64,000 bases of DNA, taken from contig JAADDE010000057.1 of assembly GCA_013154085.1 (NCBI GenBank), positions 8-64,007 on the forward strand, in the 5' to 3' direction. Below, one piece after another: positions 57,247 through 64,000 of this stretch. The notes beneath the pieces were generated by a model. That model saw only the letters and a program-made list of their open reading frames with translations, was not told the DNA's origin and ran no database searches. Source of the DNA: Thermoproteota archaeon. GTDB taxonomy: Archaea > Thermoproteota > Thermoprotei_A > Sulfolobales > Ignicoccaceae. The translations under genes and the position numbers were made by a program. The number at the start of each line of letters is the position of its first letter. The first letter of the stretch is position 1.

Positions 57247-57832
57247 GCACTTCGCTCCGATCGTGCACGGCTCGGTGGCGCGGGGCGACGTAAGTCCCGA
57301 GAGCGACGTAGATATAGTCATAGCGTACCCCGTGGAGCCGTACAAGGTCGAGGCGAGCCTAAGCTTTGAAAAGTCCCACGGCTACATAGTTATGGCCACG
57401 CCCTCCAGCACGCCCAAGGTATACATCGCCCTAGATCCCGAGGAGGAAGTGGTGGTGTCCTTCCCCCTGGGGAAGCTCAGCACCAAAGAGAGGGAGTTCT
57501 ACGCGTTCGGCGGAGAACTGGACTTGGAGGGACTGCTGAGGGACGTGCGGGTGCCCGGGGTGAACAAGGAGCTGGTGTTGATAGTTCCTACCCCGGAGGG
57601 GCATGAAGAGGAGCCGGTGGTGGGCAGGGAGGAGGCGGTGGCCAATATCCTGGGAATAAGCGTTGAAACCGTGAAGGAAAGGGTTAGGATACTCACCCGG
57701 AGAAGGGAGAAGGGGAGGACCGGGGTTTTCTTCGAGTATAAGTTCTGGGGCCCCATCGAGGAGGCGCTCCACGCGGCCGCCAGAGAGAACAAGGTGTTTA
57801 GGAGAAGGCTGAGAGAGGAAGGTCTCTTATAG
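57167..57832 (+). CDS. Nucleotidyltransferase (Pol-beta superfamily) with C-terminal extension
   Basis: HGSVARGDV...SDVD, EFYAFGG, RVPGVNK, GRTGVF. Confidence 0.85.
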   Translation: MVVYDEQRWTLLREKREKAAKVMSKLRHFAPIVHGSVARGDVSPESDVDIVIAYPVEPYKVEASLSFEKSHGYIVMATPSSTPKVYIALDPEEEVVVSFPLGKLSTKEREFYAFGGELDLEGLLRDVRVPGVNKELVLIVPTPEGHEEEPVVGREEAVANILGISVETVKERVRILTRRREKGRTGVFFEYKFWGPIEEALHAAARENKVFRRRLREEGLL

Positions 57833-57902
57833 GGGAAAGGAGTATTAACCCAGTTTGCCCCTAATAAGCCTTGCGCTCCCTACTTCGGGAGCGGGAGGCA
57901 CC

Positions 57903-58184
57903 GTGAACCTCGACAGTCTGGCGGAGATAGCTATCCGCATGGCAAGCAGGATGAGGATCCGGGAAGACATGATGGAAGGGTTCGGCGAGAGGGAGCTCGA
58001 AGCGGCTAGGAGGGTAGCGGAGCTCGTTCGGGAGGAGAGGAGAGGTTTGGTGTACTGCGGCATCTGCGCAAAAGGAAGCTTCACCAAAAGGGGCTTCTAC
58101 CTGCATTTGATGAGAGTTCATAAGGAAGACATAAAGTTACTAATAGAGAAGGAACTGGCCGAGGCGGTGGCGGTGGGTCGGTAG
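57903..58184 (+). CDS. Small C2H2 zinc-finger protein
   Basis: CGICAKGSFTKRGFYLHLMRVH; GGAGG Shine-Dalgarno before GTG. Confidence 0.8.
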   Translation: MNLDSLAEIAIRMASRMRIREDMMEGFGERELEAARRVAELVREERRGLVYCGICAKGSFTKRGFYLHLMRVHKEDIKLLIEKELAEAVAVGR

Positions 58185-58227
58185 GGGCGAAAGGCTCTCA
58201 CCGCTCAAAATTGGAGTCACTCCTCAT
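58178..58227 (-). ncRNA. Box C/D guide sRNA overlapping ribB 3' end
   Basis: C ATGAGGA, guide GTGACTCCAATT, D' TTGA, GCG, C' GTGAGAG (contains the stop), guide CCTTTCGCCCCTA, D CCGA. Guides complement 16S AAUUGGAGUCA and rRNA UAGGGGCGAAA(GG). Confidence 0.8.
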
Positions 58228-58872
58228 CCCCAAGAAAGCGAGGACTTCGTCCCCTTTAACTAAGGGGAACCCCAGCGCTCTGGCTATTTCTTCTGCCTTC
58301 TTCAAACTCATGGACTTCCCATAGTCCAGCATTTCTGCAAACGCGACGGCGGGCACCAGCCCGAGCCTTTCCACAAGCCTCGTGCTGAGCTCCGTGTGCC
58401 CCCTTCTCTCCCTTATCGACGACGCCAAGAGCACGGGCACGTGGCCGGGGGCGTAGAACTCCTCCTCGAGCCTTCGGCGCGCCTCCTCGGGGTCGCTGGA
58501 GGCGAGCTCGACCACCTCGGCCAGCTTTCTTATCGTAAGCGATCTGTCCTCGTCGCTTATGCCGGTTCTAACGTCAACGTGGTTGAGCCATATGGAGAAC
58601 GCTGGGTAATCCCCGTACCTCGGCCTCTTCACCAGCCTCGGGTTGGCCTCTTTCAACGCCTTCCAAGCGAAGTCCAAGCCCAAAGCCTTCCCTATTTCAT
58701 AAGTCGTGGCGAAGCAGATCAGACCCCCGGCCAACGTGCGGAGCGAGTAGACTTGCGCTACCCCCACCGCGGGAGCGTAGTATACTAGGTCAACCTCCTC
58801 CTCCCTGCCCGGGAAGTCGAAGAGCAACAGCGGCTTTCCGCTTCTAAGAGACTCCCGGAGCTCCTCCATCAA
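58198..58872 (-). CDS. ribB: 3,4-dihydroxy-2-butanone-4-phosphate synthase
   Basis: D...REEEVD, AGGLIC, TGISDEDR, PGHV, RRGHTE, AEML. Confidence 0.93.
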   Translation of the reverse strand: MMEELRESLRSGKPLLLFDFPGREEEVDLVYYAPAVGVAQVYSLRTLAGGLICFATTYEIGKALGLDFAWKALKEANPRLVKRPRYGDYPAFSIWLNHVDVRTGISDEDRSLTIRKLAEVVELASSDPEEARRRLEEEFYAPGHVPVLLASSIRERRGHTELSTRLVERLGLVPAVAFAEMLDYGKSMSLKKAEEIARALGFPLVKGDEVLAFLGMRSDSNFER

Positions 58873-58929
58873 CGAGACCGTTGCCCTCTCCGAACGGATT
58901 TAATATTAAGTTTGTTGACGTGAGGGGGG

Positions 58930-59730
58930 TTGACCTTGCTCTGCCATTATCCGGGCTGCAGCACTAGGGGAATAGGAGAGGATATGGAAATTGCGACAAA
59001 GAACGTCCTTAAGGAGCTTGGAGTAAATTACAAGGAGATCGAAGGCTGGGTCTGCTGCGGCACCGGAGTGGTGGACGACGCCTCTCCCCTGGGCGCGGCC
59101 GTACTGACGGCATCCAACCTAAGCATGGCAAAGGAGCAAGGGTGCAGTAAGGTGTTCACTGCATGCGGCATCTGCGCCGCCCAGCTGAAGTTCTGGAAGG
59201 ACCGCTTGGAGAACGAGGAGACCCTCAGAGAGGAGGTAGAAGAGGTGCTTAAGGCACACCACATGAAGCTCAGCACCGACGTAGAACTTCTACACATATT
59301 AGATATAATCCGCGAGAAGTTCGACGAAAGCAAGGTTAAGCGGTCGCTGTACGGCTTGAGGGTGGCCCTATATCCCGGTTGCGGTGCCAAGAAGTTCTAC
59401 AACTTCTACAGGAAGGAGGACGTGTTCAAGCTGATGCGTGAAGTGGTCGAGAAGACCGGCGCCCAAGTGGTGAGCGAGGTCGAGGGCTGTTGCGGCTTCC
59501 CTCTCATGACATATGATAAAAAGAATGCAAAGAGGCTGGCCGACAGAGTGGTAGAGAAGAGCTTAGATGCCCACGTTATAGTCACCATGTGTCCGTTCTG
59601 CCAGTACCACTTGGATACCGTGCAAAGCGAGAAGGCTGTCTGGCACTTGCACCAGCTTGTGGGCTATGCTATGGGACTCAGCGAGAAGGAGATAGGCGTT
59701 GATAAGCATGCCAACAAGCTGAACTTCTAA
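58930..59730 (+). CDS. CCG-domain Fe-S protein (HdrB/SdhE-like)
   Basis: YPGC..CCG..CGIC and YPGC..CCG..CPFC repeats. Confidence 0.88.
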   Translation: MTLLCHYPGCSTRGIGEDMEIATKNVLKELGVNYKEIEGWVCCGTGVVDDASPLGAAVLTASNLSMAKEQGCSKVFTACGICAAQLKFWKDRLENEETLREEVEEVLKAHHMKLSTDVELLHILDIIREKFDESKVKRSLYGLRVALYPGCGAKKFYNFYRKEDVFKLMREVVEKTGAQVVSEVEGCCGFPLMTYDKKNAKRLADRVVEKSLDAHVIVTMCPFCQYHLDTVQSEKAVWHLHQLVGYAMGLSEKEIGVDKHANKLNF

Positions 59731-59799
59731 TGTGCCCCCGCGACCGGCCCGCCCCCATCGTCCGCCCCCGCGGCCTCGGGCGGGAGTGAGGGCGGGGGC
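59728..59799 (-). ncRNA. H/ACA pseudouridylation guide RNA
   Basis: Lower stem GCCCCCGC/GCGGGGGC, pockets CCTCACT and CCGGTC, upper stem CCCGCCC/GGGCGGG, K-turn-like CCGA...ACGATG, ACA 14 nt below the upper stem; TTATTT about 25 nt upstream. Confidence 0.8.
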
Positions 59800-59841
59800 C
59801 GTCGCTCCTATTATCTCTCAGAAATAAGCTGAACCGCGAGA

Positions 59842-61407
59842 GTGATGACGGTCAAGAGGCTGAAGATCCGTCTTCTAACTCCCCCGGAAGACGTCAGCTG
59901 GGGGCGGCGGTACATAGCCACCGCCTTGGGACACAGAGGGTTCCAAATAATAGAGCCGCACGAGGGCTCAATAGCAGTTGAAGAAAGCGGTCTTCCCGTG
60001 CACAGCGTCCTTTGGAGTAGCTGGGACCACTTGTACTTGGGTTCCGACGGTAAGGTAGTAGTGCTCGACGAGAGTTTGAAGAAGAAGACGGAGTTCAGTG
60101 TCCCCACTCAAGTGGAGAGCCTGTACGAGACCAAGGACAAGAAGATATTGGCCGCCGGCGACGGGTGGATCGCAACGGTCTCCGAAAAAGGCTTGGAGAT
60201 AGGCGACATAGGCTACACGGCGTGGAAGATAGCCGGCAAGGGCAATCTGGCGGCCGTTGGAACGAAGGAAGGGAGGTTGCTGATAGTAGCCTTAGACTCC
60301 ATGAACGTACTCTGGTCAGCCGACCTCCAGGCGCCCGTGACGGGCCTCGACTGGGGGCCGGCGCTGGTGGCGGGCAATGCCAGCGGCGACCTATACGTAG
60401 TAGTAAGGAAAGAGGATGCCTTCGAGCTGAGACTGGTGGAAAAGTACAAGGGGATCTCAGACCTCTCGTGGAACCCGAAGGGCGACGAACTGGCGGCCCT
60501 TCTGAGCATGGAGAGGGAGATAAAATTCCTCACGCAGACCTTTGCTGATATAGAAAGCATAAGGCTGGAAAGCGTCCCAATAGCCCTTGACTATTCCCCC
60601 ACGTCCATTGAGGTTGCTGTAGCACTCGAGAACGGCGAGCTGGTGAGCGTGGCCACGCCTAAGGTAGCGAAGCTCGTGAGCGACTTGCTGGTCAGCAGCG
60701 GATGTGAGAAGGAGGGGAAGGTGGTCTGCAAGGCTCTGGAGCGGGCCCTCTGGAAGATCATAGGAGAGCTGGCCCCCGACGTGAACGTCGACGAGTTCTA
60801 CGCCTTGAAGCAGTTAGGGGAGAACATGATAGACTCGCTCGCGTGCTTGAACGAGCACCTAGAGTCAATAAGGAAGGTGCTGAAGAGCGTGGCCTCTTTA
60901 GAGGACGTCGTGGAGGCCCTCAAGGGCGGATGCTCCCGCTTGGAGCGCTGGCTGGAGATGGTGGTGAAGAACGCGGACTGCATAGTTGAGCTGTCGGAGA
61001 GGCTCGACCAGCTCTTTGAGTTGGCCAGCGCTGACTTGCTGGCCGCCCAGGCGCCGACGTCAGTTCACTTGGCGGAGACTCTGGGTTGCGACAAGGCCTT
61101 GGAGCTCGTTGAGTGCGCGACGGAGGTTTATAGAGGACTGAAGAAGCTTCAAGAGGCTGAGGAGGAGCTCGGCATATCTCTACCCGTGCCCGGCGAGACC
61201 ATATTGTACTTGTTCATAAACGACGAATGCGAGGAGATAAGGGAAGGCGTCAGGAAGCTTATGGAGCTCTACAGCAGAGCCCTAGCGGAGGCCAAGGAGG
61301 GCAACGTTGGGGAGGTGTTGAAAATAGTGAGGGAAGCCGAGAAGGTGGCCAGAGCCCTCAAGGATAAAGTGGAGGAAGCCCTCCCGGAAGGGATCGTGGA
61401 GTCGTAA
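59842..61407 (+). CDS. WD40-like beta-propeller protein with C-terminal alpha-helical domain
   Basis: Repeats VHSVLWS..LYLGSDG, AAVGTKEGRLLI, VTGLDW..VAGNASGDLYV, ISDLSWNPKG, IALDYSP..VALENG; followed by an E/L/A-rich helical region. Confidence 0.75.
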   Translation: MMTVKRLKIRLLTPPEDVSWGRRYIATALGHRGFQIIEPHEGSIAVEESGLPVHSVLWSSWDHLYLGSDGKVVVLDESLKKKTEFSVPTQVESLYETKDKKILAAGDGWIATVSEKGLEIGDIGYTAWKIAGKGNLAAVGTKEGRLLIVALDSMNVLWSADLQAPVTGLDWGPALVAGNASGDLYVVVRKEDAFELRLVEKYKGISDLSWNPKGDELAALLSMEREIKFLTQTFADIESIRLESVPIALDYSPTSIEVAVALENGELVSVATPKVAKLVSDLLVSSGCEKEGKVVCKALERALWKIIGELAPDVNVDEFYALKQLGENMIDSLACLNEHLESIRKVLKSVASLEDVVEALKGGCSRLERWLEMVVKNADCIVELSERLDQLFELASADLLAAQAPTSVHLAETLGCDKALELVECATEVYRGLKKLQEAEEELGISLPVPGETILYLFINDECEEIREGVRKLMELYSRALAEAKEGNVGEVLKIVREAEKVARALKDKVEEALPEGIVES

Positions 61408-61466
61408 TACCCCGTTTCTGATACCTAATCCTCCTTCCGCCTCCTAACTGCGGAAAGGGCGCAACA

Positions 61467-64000
61467 GTGATCGACGTTGTCTACCAGCGCTCTTGCCCCT
61501 CGTGCGGCGGCGACGTTAGGAGACATCGCTTAACGATGGGCTTGCCTTGTGAGAGGTGCGGGACCCCTAGGGGCTTGCTGAGGTGGAAGGACGAGCTGGA
61601 AGAGGAGTACGAAAGCTTCGTTAGATTCCTCAAGAAGGAATTCGGCATAGCCCCTTGGGGACCGCAGTCGGCGTGGGCCAAGATGGCCCTAAGCGGCCTC
61701 GACGCAGTAATATCCGCGCCTACGGGCACGGGCAAGAGCACGTTCTTAGCGGCTCTCTCCTTATACTACAGCAAGAAAGGCAAGAAAGTGCTCTACGTGG
61801 TCCCCTCCAAGAGCTTAGAGGAGCAAGTGAGGAGAAGGCTGAGTGCAGTCGATGTAATAACAATGAAGAAACTGATGAACTCTCCGGAGGAGTACAAGGG
61901 CTACGACCTCTACATTTTCGATGACGTAGATTCGGCAATGAAGTCTGTAAAGAGCGTTAAGACTGTTATGATAGCTTTGGGTCTAGAGGAGGCAATACCA
62001 ATCGTTGAGGAGATGGTCAAGCTCATAAAGGCCGGCGCCCTCGACGAGGACGAGGGAGCGAGGAAGTACAGCGAGCTCAAGAGGAAGCTCGAAGAGCTCA
62101 AGAGCAAGAAAGGGGCCCAAGTGTTGTTCGCCTCAGCGACCAGCGGCGAGGCGAGGCTCGCGGCCAAGCTGATGCTCTCCGTGCTGGGGCTCTCGCCCGC
62201 CCGCTTCCCGGCTATAATAAGGAATATTGACGACGTGAAGATCAAGAGCGACGACGTGCTGGAGGGCGTGGCGAAGGTAGCCTCTGAACTTGCCGGGAAG
62301 TTCAAGGGCATAGTGTTTGTTCATGAAGGATACCCTATTGAGGAGGTCGTCGAGGCGCTACGCGCTCGCGGCATAAGGGCAGAGGCCGTTAAGTCCGGCA
62401 GAATAAAGGCCATAAAGAAGCTCGAGGAGGGCCGGCTGGACGTAATAGTAGCCTATGCCTCGCGCTACGGGGTGGCGGCCAGAGGCATAGACATGCCGGA
62501 GGTAATCAGGTTTGCCGTCTTCCTCCGGCCCCCATTCAAGAAATATGATCTGAAGAAGGGCTTGAACAAGCCATTCGTGCTCCTCAAGATACTCAAGAAG
62601 CTCGGCTTCTACGAAGAGGCTGTAAGGCTGGCTGCGGCGCTGTCCAAGCTCAGCGAGCTCGAGCTGGCGACCCTTCAGAGCGCGCTGGAGGGGGAGATCG
62701 AAGTGGAGGGAAGATTAGCGGAGCTCTTGGCGACTATCAAGTCGCTGAAGGAGAAGGTCGTTGAAGCCGTGGACAGCAAGCCCATCGTGGACAGAGGCAT
62801 GGTAATAAAGAACGGAGAGATATACATCATAGACCCCAAGACGTACCTCCAAGCTTCCGGGAGGACGTCGAGGCTTACGCCGGACGGCATGACCCACGGA
62901 GTCAGCGTAGTAGTGTACGACGACGAGGACTTGATGAGGGCCTTGGAAGAAGAGCTTAAGGACGTCACCGAGTTCAAGGAAGGGCTGGTCCTTCCGGGAG
63001 GAAAGAGGCCCGTGCGTGCGAGGTCCGCCTTAATGATTGTGGAATCGCCCACCAAGGCGAAGACATTCTCCAAGATCATGAGGGGCGGGGGGAAGATGGA
63101 AGTTGACGGAGTCCCCGTGTACTTGGGGGCCTACGACAAGGGGGACGAGGTGCTGTTCCTCTATTTGGTCGCCACGAAGGGCCACTTATTCGACCTAACG
63201 CTCGACGACGTCGGCACGTACGGTATTGAAATCGGGCCGGAGCTGCGGGCTTACTATGCACCGGTCAACCGGTGCCCCAAGTGCGGCACCACGTGGGCGT
63301 CCAGCGAGCTGAAGTGCCCCAAGTGCGGAGCGCGGGCGAACAGCTCCATCGAGACAGTAAATGCCTTGAGGAAGGTAGCAACGATGGTTGAAGAGGTCCT
63401 CATAGCCACGGACCCGGACGAGGAGGGAGAGAAGATAGGCTGGGACGTCTACGCAATGCTCTACCCCTTCAACGGTAACATAAAGAGACTCAAGTACTAC
63501 GAGGTCACCCTGAGGGGGCTGAGGGAAGCATTCAAAAACTTGGGCGAAATAGACGAAGGCCTCGTAATGTCTCAGATAGTCCGGAGGATAGACGACAGGC
63601 TGGTGGGCTTCGCGATAAGCTCCTCGCTCAAGGGCGCCCTCGGAGACCTCAACCACGGCTTGGGGAGGGTTCAAGGACCGGTCCTCAACTTCATTGCAGA
63701 GCGTCTGGTCGAGTGGAAGAGGAACGCCGGCTACGCGGTTACCCTAAGGCTGTCCAACGGCGACGAGATCAAAATCTTCGTCAAGGACCGCGATCTGGCA
63801 CTCAAGCTGAGCTCAGCAAAGAAGGTAAAGGTGGTAGAGGTAAAGGAAAGCGTCGAAGCGCTCAAGCCCCTCCCTCCCTATACCACCGACGCCCTCCTCG
63901 AGGACGCCGCGAAGATCGGGCTGGGCCCCTCTAGAGCCATGAGGCTCGCCCAAGACCTCTTCGAGATGGGCTTCATCACGTACCACAGAACCGACTCCAC
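61467..64000 (+). CDS. rgy: Reverse gyrase (3'-truncated by window edge; absent from ORF track)
   Basis: CPSCGG...LPCERC zinc finger, APTGTGKS, DDVD, QASGRTSR, ESPTKA, ATDPDEEGE, GRVQ, ITYHRTDS; start and catalytic Tyr codon are in the same frame. Confidence 0.95.
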   Translation, partial: MIDVVYQRSCPSCGGDVRRHRLTMGLPCERCGTPRGLLRWKDELEEEYESFVRFLKKEFGIAPWGPQSAWAKMALSGLDAVISAPTGTGKSTFLAALSLYYSKKGKKVLYVVPSKSLEEQVRRRLSAVDVITMKKLMNSPEEYKGYDLYIFDDVDSAMKSVKSVKTVMIALGLEEAIPIVEEMVKLIKAGALDEDEGARKYSELKRKLEELKSKKGAQVLFASATSGEARLAAKLMLSVLGLSPARFPAIIRNIDDVKIKSDDVLEGVAKVASELAGKFKGIVFVHEGYPIEEVVEALRARGIRAEAVKSGRIKAIKKLEEGRLDVIVAYASRYGVAARGIDMPEVIRFAVFLRPPFKKYDLKKGLNKPFVLLKILKKLGFYEEAVRLAAALSKLSELELATLQSALEGEIEVEGRLAELLATIKSLKEKVVEAVDSKPIVDRGMVIKNGEIYIIDPKTYLQASGRTSRLTPDGMTHGVSVVVYDDEDLMRALEEELKDVTEFKEGLVLPGGKRPVRARSALMIVESPTKAKTFSKIMRGGGKMEVDGVPVYLGAYDKGDEVLFLYLVATKGHLFDLTLDDVGTYGIEIGPELRAYYAPVNRCPKCGTTWASSELKCPKCGARANSSIETVNALRKVATMVEEVLIATDPDEEGEKIGWDVYAMLYPFNGNIKRLKYYEVTLRGLREAFKNLGEIDEGLVMSQIVRRIDDRLVGFAISSSLKGALGDLNHGLGRVQGPVLNFIAERLVEWKRNAGYAVTLRLSNGDEIKIFVKDRDLALKLSSAKKVKVVEVKESVEALKPLPPYTTDALLEDAAKIGLGPSRAMRLAQDLFEMGFITYHRTDS

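Noticed and set aside
59842-59863. GTGATGA-N11-CTGA box pair at the start of the WD40 gene
   Set aside because: Only half a C/D unit, with no second box pair or recognisable target; could still be a K-loop but is unsupported

Overview
A gene-dense, GC-rich chromosomal segment from a hyperthermophilic crenarchaeon. Evidence: reverse gyrase, GGGP synthase, Topo VI-B, class I LysRS, L14e, L35Ae, Elf1 and a PINA ATPase. The malate dehydrogenase sequence and the mdh-por neighbourhood point to the genus Ignicoccus (inference from memory, not a database search). About 65 CDSs are present, mostly housekeeping genes and autotrophic carbon or amino-acid metabolism. There are two HEPN-MNT pairs and a solo Cas4-like nuclease. 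I found no tRNA, rRNA, CRISPR array or IS element. The main layer missing from the ORF track is non-coding: 10 candidate box C/D guide sRNAs and 2 candidate H/ACA guide RNAs. Several are written over the stop codons or ends of protein genes, and many guides complement conserved 16S/23S/tRNA motifs (targets recalled, not aligned to this organism's rRNA). A Pab1020-type RNA ligase lies in the same window. Other leads are a ~1150-aa secreted protein with a ~890-residue Thr/Val-rich stalk, a beta-propeller plus alpha-helical (coat-like) protein, a heparinase II/III-like operon beside a Gly-zipper peptide, a symmetric 6-Cys mini-protein after peroxiredoxin, a structured ilvB leader and palindromic operator candidates. 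Several start codons were adjusted by eye from the ORF track.
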